NCBI GenBank assembly: GCA_905182745.1
Contig: CAJJCR010000005.1
Coordinates: 48,764 to 112,763 of the forward strand
DNA: 64,000 bases
DNA from: Bacteroidetes bacterium MED-G20
Lineage (GTDB): Bacteria > Bacteroidota > Bacteroidia > Flavobacteriales_D > Parvicellaceae
Reading direction: 5' to 3'
Under the pieces are notes generated by a model. That model was given only the letters and a program-made list of their open reading frames with translations. It did not search any database and had not been told where the DNA came from. This document shows, piece after piece, positions 30,070-41,333 of the stretch. Each line of letters opens with the position of its first letter. Positions within the stretch are counted from its first letter, which is position 1. The position numbers and the translations under genes are program-made.

Positions 30070-32475
30070 GTGATAAAAAACTTACTCTGTTATTTCTTTT
30101 TTTTTCCACTCTTTGTGGTTTCTCAAAACCATACTTTAAGTGGATATGTTAAAGATGCTAAAACTGGGGAAGCATTAATTGGGGTAAGTATTTTTGTAGA
30201 AAAAGAATCTAAAGGAGTTTCTACCAATGTTTATGGATATTACTCAATTTCTCTAAATGCTGGTCAATACGATGTGAAATACTCTTATGTAGGATATTCT
30301 AGCGTTGTTAAAAATGTTCAATTTTCAGAACCCATTAGGTTAAATATAGAATTATCGGAAAGCCAAGATATACTAGATGAGGTAGTGGTAGAAGCCAAAC
30401 AGAGCGATGAAAATACCAAAGGAACCCAAATGGGAAAAATTGATTTGTCCATGGACAAAATCAAAACAATTCCAGCATTTATGGGAGAAGTAGATGTTCT
30501 TAAAACCATTCAGTTTTTACCAGGCGTTTCGTCCGGTGGAGAGGGTAACACTGGTTTTTATGTAAGGGGAGGAGGCCCTGACCAAAATCTTATATTGTTG
30601 GATGAAGCTACGGTATACAACGCTTCCCATTTATTTGGTTTCTTCTCTGTTTTTAATGCAGATGCTATAAAAAATGTCTCTCTAATAAAAGGAGGAATGC
30701 CGTCTAACTATGGGGGAAGATTGTCTTCAGTTCTGGACATTACCATGAAAGACGGCAACTACAAATCGTTTCAAGCAGATGGTGGAATAGGTGTTATAGC
30801 ATCTAGACTAACCCTTCAAGGACCAATTAAAAAAGATACCGCATCCTATATTATTTCTGGAAGAAGAACCTACATTGATGTCTTAGCAGAGCCATTTATT
30901 CCCGAAACTTCTCCGTCTAAAGGTTCAGGCTACTATTTTTTCGATCTTACTGCAAAACTCAACTGGAGACTTTCAGATAAAGACCGATTGTATTTAAGTA
31001 GTTATTTCGGAAGAGATATTTTTTCATTTAAAAACCAAGATTTAGATTTTGATTTCAATGTTCCATGGGGAAATGCTACTGCTTCGCTAAGGTGGAACCA
31101 TTTATTTAGCGATAAGCTATTTGTAAATACAACAGCTGTTTTCACAGATTATAATTTTGCTTTTGAAGGCGGTTCTAATGGGTTTAACTTTAGGTTAGCT
31201 TCTGGAATAAGAGATTTAAATCTCAAGCAAGACTATACTTATTACCACAACTCCTTACACAATATTAAGTTTGGTTGGAACTACACTTTTCATCGTTTTG
31301 TTCCATCAAGTTTATCTGCAAGTTCTGGCGATGTTGAATTTACTACTATAGATGAGGTTAAGATTTTCGGAAATGAATATGCTGTTTACTTTCAAGACGA
31401 ATGGGATCTTAATGAAAATTTAAAAATAAATATAGGATTTAGACTTTCTGCTTACCAGCACATTGGCCCTTTTACAAGATATTATAAAAACCCTAATAGT
31501 GGAGCTACAGACAGCACTACTAATTATTCTAATTTCGAATCTATTAAAACTTATTTTGGGCCAGAGCCAAGATTTTCTGCAAGATACTTACTTCCTGATA
31601 ATTCTTCTTTTAAGTTTGGGTTTGCCCACAACTACCAATATATTCACTTGGCATCTGTTTCATCGGTTTCTTTACCCACAGACTTATGGTTTCCAAGTAC
31701 CGAACAAGTAAAACCACAGGTGGGAACACAGTATAGCATAGGTTATTTCAGAAATTTTTTAAAAAACAACTACGAAGCTTCAGTAGAAGCCTATTATAAA
31801 GATTTGAATAATTTGATAGAGTACAAGGAAAACTCTTTTCCAGAAGATAATTTAAATAACAATGTAGATAACCAACTTACCTTTGGCAACGGATATTCTT
31901 ATGGAGCAGAGTTTTTTATTAAAAAAAGAACTGGCGATTTCAATGGCTGGATTGGTTATACCTATTCTAAAACCATGAGAAAATTTGATGCTATTGATAA
32001 TGGAGAGTGGTTTCCAGCGAAGTACGATAGAAGAAACGACCTTTCTTTGGTTGGACAGTACCAAATAAGTGACAGAGTAAATATTGGAGCTGTTTTTGTT
32101 TACGCTACAGGCAACGCTATTTCACTTCCCGAAAGAAGATGGTTTTCGTTAGAAGAGAATAGAATTATTACCGTTTGGAGCAAAAGAAATCAATACAGAC
32201 TAAACCCTTACCATAGGTTAGATATTTCCTTAACCATTGATGCCAAGCCTTACAAAGAAAAGTTAAATGCAGAAACAAATAAAATGGTGAAAGTGAAAAA
32301 GAAGGTTACTTCTTCTTGGAATTTTTCTGTTTACAATGCATATAATAGAGCCAATCCATATTTTATATTCTTTGATTTTAGTGGCGATCCTCTTCAAGGA
32401 ACTGCAGAATTTGGAGCAAGCCAAGTTTCTCTTTTTCCAATTTTACCAAGTGTTACATGGAATTTTAAATTTTAA
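30070..32475 (+). CDS. TonB-dependent receptor
   Basis: IPAFMGEVDVLKTIQFLPGV, VRGGGPDQNLILLD and YGGRLSSVLDI motifs; terminal WNFKF. Confidence 0.95.
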   Translation: MIKNLLCYFFFFPLFVVSQNHTLSGYVKDAKTGEALIGVSIFVEKESKGVSTNVYGYYSISLNAGQYDVKYSYVGYSSVVKNVQFSEPIRLNIELSESQDILDEVVVEAKQSDENTKGTQMGKIDLSMDKIKTIPAFMGEVDVLKTIQFLPGVSSGGEGNTGFYVRGGGPDQNLILLDEATVYNASHLFGFFSVFNADAIKNVSLIKGGMPSNYGGRLSSVLDITMKDGNYKSFQADGGIGVIASRLTLQGPIKKDTASYIISGRRTYIDVLAEPFIPETSPSKGSGYYFFDLTAKLNWRLSDKDRLYLSSYFGRDIFSFKNQDLDFDFNVPWGNATASLRWNHLFSDKLFVNTTAVFTDYNFAFEGGSNGFNFRLASGIRDLNLKQDYTYYHNSLHNIKFGWNYTFHRFVPSSLSASSGDVEFTTIDEVKIFGNEYAVYFQDEWDLNENLKINIGFRLSAYQHIGPFTRYYKNPNSGATDSTTNYSNFESIKTYFGPEPRFSARYLLPDNSSFKFGFAHNYQYIHLASVSSVSLPTDLWFPSTEQVKPQVGTQYSIGYFRNFLKNNYEASVEAYYKDLNNLIEYKENSFPEDNLNNNVDNQLTFGNGYSYGAEFFIKKRTGDFNGWIGYTYSKTMRKFDAIDNGEWFPAKYDRRNDLSLVGQYQISDRVNIGAVFVYATGNAISLPERRWFSLEENRIITVWSKRNQYRLNPYHRLDISLTIDAKPYKEKLNAETNKMVKVKKKVTSSWNFSVYNAYNRANPYFIFFDFSGDPLQGTAEFGASQVSLFPILPSVTWNFKF

Positions 32476-33382
32476 TGAAAAATATATACTACATATTGTT
32501 AATTGGTCTTTTAGGATGTACAAAATCCATAGTTTTTGAATTGCCAGAAATAGAACAAACTATTGTGGTGGAAGCTACCGTAGAAAGTGGATTCCCTCCA
32601 AGAGTTATTTTAACCAATAGTCAGGGCTATTTTGAAGCAATAGATAGTACTATTCTTTCTGATATTTTTATCCACGATGCAGATGTGGTTCTAAGCGATG
32701 GTATCGAAAGTTATACCTTACAAGAATTTAATTTTAATGGACTTTATATATACACTTCTTTGGATTTTGGTGCAATAGGTCAGTTTGGTAAAACTTATTC
32801 ACTTTCTATTCAAGTGAATGATAAGAATGTATATTCAACTACTACAATTCCTCAGCCACTTTTTATAGATAGTTTGTGGTTTGATAAATATGTAGCTTAC
32901 GATTCTTTGGGCTTGATAGGCGCTAGGTTTAGTGATCCGGATACTTTAGGGAATTGTTATAGATGGTTCGCTCAAAGAATTAATTCTTATACTTACAATT
33001 ATCCTCCTCCTTTTGATAATGTTAAAGGAACCATTAAAGATTCTCGTCCTTTACCACCAATAGGAAGTTCTACAGATGATAAGTTGTTCAATGGATTGTC
33101 TTTTGATTTTATATTTCCTAGGGGAGAAGATGGTCTATTCAGATGGACCGGACGATAATAATGTAGAATCTGGGATTTTACAAGATTGGGGATACTATTT
33201 TAGTAAAATCTACCACCACTACTTATCCAATCTACTTGTATGTAAGAGCCATGGAAAATGCTGCGGCTTCCGAAGGAAGTATTTTTTCTTCCCCTGGAAA
33301 TCTCCCTTACAATGTACAAGGAGACGGAATTGGGATTTTTTATGGATATGGAGTTTCTTACGATACTTTAATTTGTGAATAA
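32475..33382 (+). CDS. DUF4249 family lipoprotein (frameshifted 3' end)
   Basis: Lipobox LLGC, IVVEA and FSDPDTLGNCYR; usual partner position behind this TBDR type; shifted frame ends YDTLICE* at 33382. Confidence 0.8.
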
Positions 33383-33437
33383 GTTTTTTTCACTAACCTA
33401 TTCATAAATAATATATTTGAAATCTAAAAAATTATTT

Positions 33438-34387
33438 ATGTCAACTATTGAAAAAGTTAAGTGCTTAATTATTGGTTCTGGTCCAGCAGGATTTACTGCT
33501 GCAATTTATGCTTCTAGAGCAAATATGTTTCCAGTTCTATACCAAGGAATACAGCCAGGAGGTCAGTTAACTACTACTACAGATGTAGATAATTTCCCAG
33601 GTTATGCCAAGGGGGTTAATGGCACTCAAATGATGGTAGATTTGGAAGAACAAGCCAAGCGTTTTGGTACTGATGTAAGATCTGGTATGATTACCAAAGT
33701 TGATTTTACAGGTCCAGTTCATAAGGTATGGGTAGACAATAAATTAGAAATTCACTCAGATACTATTGTTATCTCTACTGGTGCTTCTGCAAGATATTTA
33801 GGTTTGGATTCAGAGCAGCATTATTTGTCTAATGGTGGTGGTGTTTCTGCATGTGCAGTTTGCGATGGTTTCTTTTACAAAGGACAAGAAACGGTAATTG
33901 TTGGTGCAGGAGATTCTGCTTGTGAAGAGGCTTCTTATTTGGCCAATATTTGTACCAAAGTCACTATGCTGGTAAGAAGAGATGAATTTAGAGCTTCTAA
34001 AATAATGGCTGATAGGGTAAGAGGAATTGAAAACATTGAAATATTACACAAACAGAACTAGATGAGGTATTGGGTGATGGAAATGTAGTTACCGGAGCAA
34101 GAGTAGTGAATAATAAAACCCAAGAAAAGCATGAAATATCTTGTACAGGTGTGTTTATTGCAATTGGACATACTCCAAATACCAAAGTGTTTAATCCATG
34201 GTTATCAATGGACGAAAACGGATATATAGTAAATAATCCAGGTTCTTCTAAAACCAATATAGATGGTGTTTTTGTTTCTGGAGATGCTGCCGATCATGTA
34301 TACCGACAGGCGGTTACTGCTGCAGGTACTGGCTGTATGGCTGCTTTAGACGCTGAAAGGTATTTGGCTGCTAAGGGTTTGCATTAA
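33438..34387 (+). CDS. trxB: Thioredoxin-disulfide reductase (indel near 34050)
   Basis: IIGSGPAG, GGQLTTTT, CAVCDG and GDAADHVYRQAVTAAG motifs; start MSTIEK behind TATATTTG. Confidence 0.96.
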
Positions 34388-34391
34388 GAAA

Positions 34392-36127
34392 GTGAATACT
34401 TTAATAAATAATAAGTTTACTTATCTACTTTTTTTTCTGTTTATTATTTCATTATTTCCTCAAAATATTTCTTCTCAAGAAAATTGGAGGGGAAATACCA
34501 CTCCAACTTATAGTAGAATTAATTACCTCATCTTAAGAAAATTTCTAGTTTACATAGTGAAGTAGAACTTTACAATATGGGACCATCAGATTATGGTTTG
34601 CCTATTTATCTATGTATTGTAAATGGCGCAAAAGATTCTACCAACACCTTCAAAAAAGCACGAGAAGAGACTACCATTTTATTTAATAATGCCATTCATC
34701 CAGGGGAGCCAGACGGAATCAATGCCTGCTTAATTTGGTTAGAGGAGCTTTTAAATAATAAAAAAAGCATTAAAAAATTACCTGTGGTTGCTTTTATTCC
34801 AGCTTATAATATTGGAGGAATGCTCAATAGGTCTAGTAATAGTAGAGCCAATCAAAATGGCCCTAATGAATATGGTTTTCGTGGAAATGCTCAAAATTTA
34901 GATTTAAATAGAGATTTATAAAAATGGATGCGGTCAACTCTTTCACTTTTGCTAAAATATTTCACGCTCTAGATCCTGATGTGTTTGTAGACAACCATGT
35001 TTCCAATGGGGCAGATTACCAATATATTCTTACTTATATAAGTTCTCTAAGAGAAAGATTGGCACCAAGTTTAAATAGTATTATTTACGATAATTTATTA
35101 CCTAATTTAACTAATGCTATAAAAGAAAATCATAAAATAGATTTATTTCCTTATGTGGATTTAAAAGGAAAAACTCCAAATGAAGGAATCGTTTCTTTTA
35201 ACGACCTTCCTCGATATGCAATGGGCTACGGCTCTCTATTTCCACTCTATAAGTTTTACAGTAGAAACCCATATGCTAAAACCATTTCCTCTTAGAGTAG
35301 AGGCCACCTTGGCTTTCATGGAAGAATTAATTAATTGGACTTCATTAAACAAGTCTTCAATTGAAAAATCTAGAGATAAAGCAAGAAGATTTGTAATAGA
35401 ATCACCATATTTAAAATACAACTACATTAATTCTTACAAAAAAGATTCTATACTTTTTAAGGGTTACGAGCATTCTTTTCCCATTCATAAAATAACTGGT
35501 CTTAGTAGACTTAAGTACGATACTAACAAACCATACACCAAATATGTGCCCTTTTACAATAGTTCTGTTGCAAACGATTCTCTACAACTTCCAAAGTTCT
35601 ATTATATAACCGCTCAGGAAAAAGATGTAGTAGAAAGATTATTGGCCAATAAGGTTCAAATGACTAAGATACTTCAAGATACTGTAATGAATCTTGGGGT
35701 TTATAAAGTAGTTGATTTTGCACCATCCAAAAAACCATACGAAGGGCATTATAAATTAAAAAATATCAAAGTTCAAAGAGATCAAGAATTGGTTCTGTTA
35801 AAGAAAGGGGACTGGATGGTAAATTCTAATCAAAATGCCGCACTTTTTATTCATTCTGTATTACAACCAGAGTTGGAAGACGCTTACTTAAGCTGGAATT
35901 TTTTTGATAGTTACTTACAACAGAAAGAATATTTTTCTAGTTATGTTTTTATTGATAAGATAGAAGAGATTTTAAATAACGATCTTAAGCTAAAAAAAGA
36001 ATATGAACTAAAGAAAAAAGAAGATGCTGCTTTTGCTAATTCTGAATGGGACCAGCTATATTTTATTTATAAAAGAAGTGCTTATTTCGAAAAAAGCTAC
36101 AATAGATTACCTATTTACTTCCAATAA
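34392..36127 (+). CDS. M14 zinc carboxypeptidase-like protein (several indels)
   Basis: IHPGEPDG, LNRD, DNHVSNGADY and ETHMLKP motifs across ORFs 34577, 34924 and 35180. Confidence 0.85.
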
Positions 36128-36134
36128 AACTTTT

Positions 36135-36930
36135 TTAATTATCCTTAATTGATTTCACTTTTTCTGTAAAAACATATAGAAGCATATGTGTTTTCTTCTT
36201 GGAGTTAAGCTCTGACGGTCCAGTATAGATATAGTTAATTTTAAGTTCTGGATGGTTCTCTTTAAAAGTATTGATGGTGGTTTCCCATACCAATTTATCA
36301 GCTAAAAATGGAAAGTCAAATTTGTATACATCCTCAATTACCTCCAGTTCCTTCTACTGGTGCACTTACATTGGAAAAAGTCTTACTAGAAAAGTCTATA
36401 ATGGAAATGGAGGCACCTGCAGTAATAAAAACACCAATTGCTATTGCAATTTTCACCCCTTTATCTACTTTGAATTCTAACAACTTACCATCAGAACTAG
36501 AAATGTATTTAAATAGTACCCAAGATGCTATTAATATTAGCCAGAACAATCCATGCTCTAATAGTTGAAAACGATCGCCAAATACTTGGTCTCCAATAGA
36601 AAACAAGCTAAACAAGGTAATGGATGTGAAAATAGCTCTAAAAAACCATTTCTGAGAAAGAGATTCTTTTCCTTTTAAAAAATTAATACTCGCCAATAAA
36701 TAAAATACAAAGTTCAATCCTTCCAATGAAGAAATAAAAGCCAATGCAAGCGTAGCAAATATTGGGTCTTTCAGTCCTAGAGATCCAAAAAACTTAATAA
36801 ATAATGCAAAGAAATCTTTTCCTACCCATAAATGATGTACATCAGGAATAATTTTATCTAAAACACTTAATCCCCAGAAAAAAGTCCAATAAAACAGTAT
36901 CGAAAATCTTAATATTTTTTTTTCTTTCAT
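36135..36930 (-). CDS. DoxX-like membrane protein, paralog B (indel near 36345)
   Basis: ORF 36334..36930 plus shifted frame EVIEDVYKFDFPFLADKLVWETTI...TEKVKSIKDN*; aligns end to end with 36927..37733. Confidence 0.75.
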
Positions 36931-37733
36931 AATTTATCCTCCGTCATTATATAAAAAATAAGACCATCTGCTTTTTTCAATCTAAGCGGCTTTGGAACTG
37001 TATAAATATGATTTATTTTTTTGGTTGGATTCTCAGATTTAAACTGGTCAATAGTTTTTTCAAAAACAACACTTCCTCCAAGAAAAGGAAAAGAAACTTT
37101 ATATATGTTTTCACCAACTTGCTGGGCTACTAAAGCATCTGTTCTTCTGCTAAAAAAATTATAATTATAACTAAATATAGAAAAGCAAGTGGTAGAAACC
37201 AACATCAAAGAAATTACCGAAACCAGTATAAGCTGTTTCTTGTTAATTACCATTTTTTCTGTTTCTGAACTATTGTCTAATCTTATAAAAGCCACCCAAG
37301 AGAATAATGTCAAAAACCAAAACAAAGTATGTTCTAATAGTTCAAATCTATCTCCAAAAATATGATCTCCTATAGAGAAAATAGTGAAGGTGATAAGCGT
37401 TAAAACTATTCCTATAAAAAACCAAGCTCTAGAAGTTTCATTTTTTTTCTTCAAGTAATATATTAGAGCACCAGTAAAGAAAACAAAAGCAAAAACTTCT
37501 AATGCAGCAGCAACAATCAAAGCAAAATTGGCTATTGCAGGTGATTCCAATCCCGCAGAAGCAAAAAACTTCTGAAATTGAGCAAATCTGTCTCTACCAA
37601 CCCAAAGAAATAAGCTCCCGCCAATTATTTTATCTACAATATTAAACAGCCAAAATATAGACCAGTAAAAAAGAATTGAATATCGTACCAACTCGTTGGT
37701 GGGTATTTTTTTTTCGGCAAAAGAAAGTTTCAT
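36927..37733 (-). CDS. DoxX-like membrane protein, paralog A
   Basis: About five TM helices; shared motifs DKII, WVG.D, LE and FSIGD..FGDRF.LLEH; C-terminal soluble domain. The DoxX assignment is tentative. Confidence 0.75.
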   Translation of the reverse strand: MKLSFAEKKIPTNELVRYSILFYWSIFWLFNIVDKIIGGSLFLWVGRDRFAQFQKFFASAGLESPAIANFALIVAAALEVFAFVFFTGALIYYLKKKNETSRAWFFIGIVLTLITFTIFSIGDHIFGDRFELLEHTLFWFLTLFSWVAFIRLDNSSETEKMVINKKQLILVSVISLMLVSTTCFSIFSYNYNFFSRRTDALVAQQVGENIYKVSFPFLGGSVVFEKTIDQFKSENPTKKINHIYTVPKPLRLKKADGLIFYIMTEDKL

Positions 37734-37816
37734 AAATACAATTAATAAACTAATCTACGATTTTCTTTTTTTAAGAATACTCAATAAAATTAAGAAACTA
37801 AAATTTTGAAGGTTTA

Positions 37817-39112
37817 CTAGAAAGCTTTTCCAGAAAAAACTTCTAATCCCTCTTTGTAGCTCGCTATTGCTCTATTTCTGGCAAATGCATGTTCTACCAC
37901 AGGATTTGGATAAGAAAATTCATTCAAATCATCTACCCACTTATTGATATAGGTATTTTGTTTGTCAAATTTTTTAATCTGTTCACTTGGATTAAATACT
38001 CTAAAATAGGGAGCAGCATCACATCCTGTACCTGCACTCCACTGCCAATTGCCATTATTGGAAGAAAGCTCATAGTCCAAGAGTTTTTTGGCAAAATAGG
38101 CTTCTCCCCACCGCCAATCTATTAATAAATGCTTGCATAAAAAACCAGCAGTAACCATTCTTACTCTATTGTGCATAAAACCAGTTTGGTTCAGTTCTCT
38201 CATTCCAGCATCAACTAGTGGATATCCAGTTTCTCCTTTGCACCATTTTTCAAACTCTTCTTCGTTGTTTCTCCACTTTATAAAATTGTATTTAGCTCTG
38301 AAATTTTCATGAACTACTTTTGGAAAATGCCATAATATTTGCATAAAAAACTCTCTCCAAACAAGCTCAATCAAATAAGTAACGTTAAGGTCTTTCACTT
38401 TACTTACTATCTCTCTTATACTCACTGTTCCAAACCTTAAGTGAGGACCAATTTTAGAGGTGCTGTCTAAAGATGGAAAATTTCTTGTTTCCTCATAATT
38501 ATGGACTCTATCCAAACTAAAAGAAGGTACTTTTATAGAAGATCTTTTAAAACCTAATTCCTCCATACTTGGAAATCGTGGTTGGATTTATTAAAGTTTT
38601 CAGAGTTTAATTTTAATTCTAAATGAAATCCTTCCTCCTTAAACTTTGCCAACCATTTATTTTTAAATGGGGTAAAAACAGTGTAGGGCAGACCATCGTT
38701 TTTTACCACCTCATTTTTTTCAAATATCACCTGGTCTTTTGTAGAAATAAGTTCCGATCCATTCTCTAACAGAAGTTTATTTATTTCTTCATCTCTAGCT
38801 ATGGCATATGGTTCGTAATCTCTGTTAGCGTATACTTTTAATTCAGAATTTTCTTTACATAGTTGCTTTAAAAACTTCAAGCGGATTTCCATGGTATACT
38901 TTTAAAGAACTATTGTAGGAAATTAGCTCTTTATTAATTTTTTGTAATTCGTCGTAAAGGAAGTTAACTCTTGGGTCATCATTTGGCAATTCGTCAATGA
39001 TATCTTTATCAAAAATAAATATGGGCTGTACATCCTTAGATTTTAAAAGGGCTAAATTAAGACCAGTATTATCCAACAATCTTAAATCTCTTCTAAACCA
39101 AAAAATTGTCAT
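37817..39112 (-). CDS. phrB: Deoxyribodipyrimidine photolyase (split by indels into three ORFs)
   Basis: WFRRDLRL.DN, YTVFTPF, ELVWREF, TGYPLVDAGMREL..TGFMHNRVRM and NNGNWQW motifs. Confidence 0.95.
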
Positions 39113-39114
39113 TT

Positions 39115-39790
39115 TTATACTTTTAAAGTAGACATTCCACCGTCAACATGAATTATTTGACCAGTTATATTGTTATTCTGTAGTAAAAATTCTGCAGTTT
39201 TAGCAACATCGGAAGCAGTATTTATTCTTTTACTAGGATGTCTTTCATTAGATCTTTTAATGGCGTCTTCATTTCTTAAAATTCCTTGTGCTAATGGAGT
39301 ATCTGTAAGCGAAGGAGCAATACAATTAACTCTTATTTTTCCAGCAAATTCTGCTGCAAGTGATTTGGTTAGTCCTTCAACTGCTCCCTTAGCAGATGCT
39401 ATCGATGCATGAAAATTCATACCTTGATTTACAGCAACTGTACTAAACAAGATTATAGATGCATTTTCAGCTTTTGACAATGCTTCTCTGGTAGTACTGG
39501 ATGATCTTAACCGCTCCTAAAAAATTGACATCAAAATCGTTTTGAAAGTCTTCTACTTTTAAAGATCTAAAAGGTTTTAAATTGATAGTCCCAGGACAGT
39601 AAACTATGGAAGATATATCTTCAATGTCTGGAAAATTACCATCCGCAACATCTAATTGATAATGTACATGGTTATTTGAGGTTACGCTGTATGCTTCTCT
39701 ACTAAAAAGTACACATTCTTTATTTTCTAATAATTGTGCAATTTCTCCACCAATTCCCTTGGTTCCTCCGACTATTAATGTTTTACCCAT
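39115..39790 (-). CDS. SDR family oxidoreductase, atypical (no catalytic Tyr; indel near 39480)
   Basis: GGTKGIG, FHASIASAKGAVEG, RVNCIAPS and ITGQIIHVDGG motifs. Confidence 0.9.
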
Positions 39791-40266
39791 TGTTAAATTT
39801 TTGTTCTAATAATTTATATCTGTAATTAAAAATTTTCTTTAGTTGTGGAATAACAATTATAGGAGTCATTATTCTTCCTAATAATCCAAAAGGAACTTTA
39901 AAAGAAACCTTATCTGTCATTTCTACTTTGTCTCCTTTTTGTAAAAAAAGATGCTCGTGATGCCACATTTTATATGGGCCAAACCTTTGTTCATCTACAA
40001 AAAACATTTTGTTGTTGATATGAGTGATTTCAGTAACCCAATTTAGAGTTTATCCCTAAAATAGGAGCAACTTTATAAGAAACTATTTGTCCTATATACA
40101 TTTGGTTGGGTATTTCTGAAGTAATATTAAATCCCATATCAGTAGGTGTGATCTCACTTAAATTTTTTGGGTTTGAAAAAAAGTCCCAGGCTTCATCCAA
40201 AGTAATATCTAATTCTTGACTAACTTTTAGTGTGTTAATCCCAGAATGACTACTAAATTTAATCAT
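39783..40266 (-). CDS. SRPBCC/START-like ligand-binding protein (indel near 40045)
   Basis: AWDFFSNPKNLSEITP, WVTEIT and FVDEQRFGPYKMWHHEH motifs. Confidence 0.88.
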
Positions 40267-40958
40267 GAATTTAAATAGTGGTGAAATTCTTTTTTAGTAT
40301 TATCATTTTTGAATTTTCCAGAATAAAAAGAAGTGGTAGTAGAAGAAGTTTCGTCTTTTATTCCTCTTGAAGAAACACATAAATGCTTAGCATCGATTAT
40401 TACAGCAACATCTTCAGTTCCTAAAATTTCTTTTAAATCGTTCCCAATCTGATTGGTTAATCTTTCCTGTACTTGAGGTCTTCTAGCAAAATAATCTACT
40501 ATTCTATTAATTTTAGAAAGCCCAATAACCTTTCCAGAAGACATGTAAGCTACATGTGCTTTTCCAAATATAGGGACAAAGTGATGTTCGCAGTTGGAAT
40601 AAAACGTGATATTTTTCTCTACCAACATCTCGTTATATTGGTATTTGTTTTCAAACAATGCTGCTTTGGGTTTATTGGCCGGATCTAAACCAGAAAATAT
40701 TTCTTCTACATACATTTTTGCAACTCGGTGAGGTGTTCCTTTCAAAGAATCATCTGTTAAGTCAAGACCAAGAGTCTCCATAATAACTTTAAAGTGTTCC
40801 GAGATAATTTCTTTTTTCTTTTCATTTGAGATGTCAAAAGCATCTTTTCTAATTGGAGTCTCGATGGAATTACTCACATGATCATCTCCAACTTCATCAA
40901 AATTATTTTCTGACGAGGTTTCAGGCTGGGTATACAACAATGTTTCTTTCAGTTTCAT
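40263..40958 (-). CDS. folE: GTP cyclohydrolase I
   Basis: TPHRVAKM, CEHHFVP, GLSKINR, RPQVQERL and HLCVSSRG motifs. Confidence 0.97.
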   Translation of the reverse strand: MKLKETLLYTQPETSSENNFDEVGDDHVSNSIETPIRKDAFDISNEKKKEIISEHFKVIMETLGLDLTDDSLKGTPHRVAKMYVEEIFSGLDPANKPKAALFENKYQYNEMLVEKNITFYSNCEHHFVPIFGKAHVAYMSSGKVIGLSKINRIVDYFARRPQVQERLTNQIGNDLKEILGTEDVAVIIDAKHLCVSSRGIKDETSSTTTSFYSGKFKNDNTKKEFHHYLNS

Positions 40959-41331
40959 AAAGTTTAATTTTAAGTTCGAATTTATCTTCCAACTTTTTTC
41001 TAAGTTTATTATAAATAACTTTGATTATATTTTCTGCAGTAGGATTTAAATCTTTAAAATCTTCTACATCAAGATTTAAATTTTTATGGTCAAATTTATC
41101 AAGAATTTCCGATTTAATTAAATCAGACAAAGTTTTCATATCTATCAAATATCCGCTTTCTTGATCAACTTCACCAATTACAGTCACTTCTAAATCATAA
41201 TTGTGACCATGGTAATTTGGATTGTTGCACTTTCCATAAAAAGAAATATTCTTTTCATCTGACCAATTTGGGTTGTGCAACCTATGGGCTGCATTGAAGT
41301 GTTCTTTACGTATAACTGCAACTTTTTCCAT
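40921..41331 (-). CDS. 6-pyruvoyl-tetrahydropterin synthase, PTPS-II (CX5HGH) type
   Basis: FNAAHRL, CNNPNYHGHNY, DHKNLN, PTAENI and ETERN motifs. Confidence 0.92.
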   Translation of the reverse strand: MEKVAVIRKEHFNAAHRLHNPNWSDEKNISFYGKCNNPNYHGHNYDLEVTVIGEVDQESGYLIDMKTLSDLIKSEILDKFDHKNLNLDVEDFKDLNPTAENIIKVIYNKLRKKLEDKFELKIKLYETERNIVVYPA

Positions 41332-41333
41332 TT

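Noticed and set aside
40921..41331. queD (queuosine pathway) call
   Set aside because: The motif is CX5HGH rather than CX3HGH, and no queC, queE or queF is nearby.
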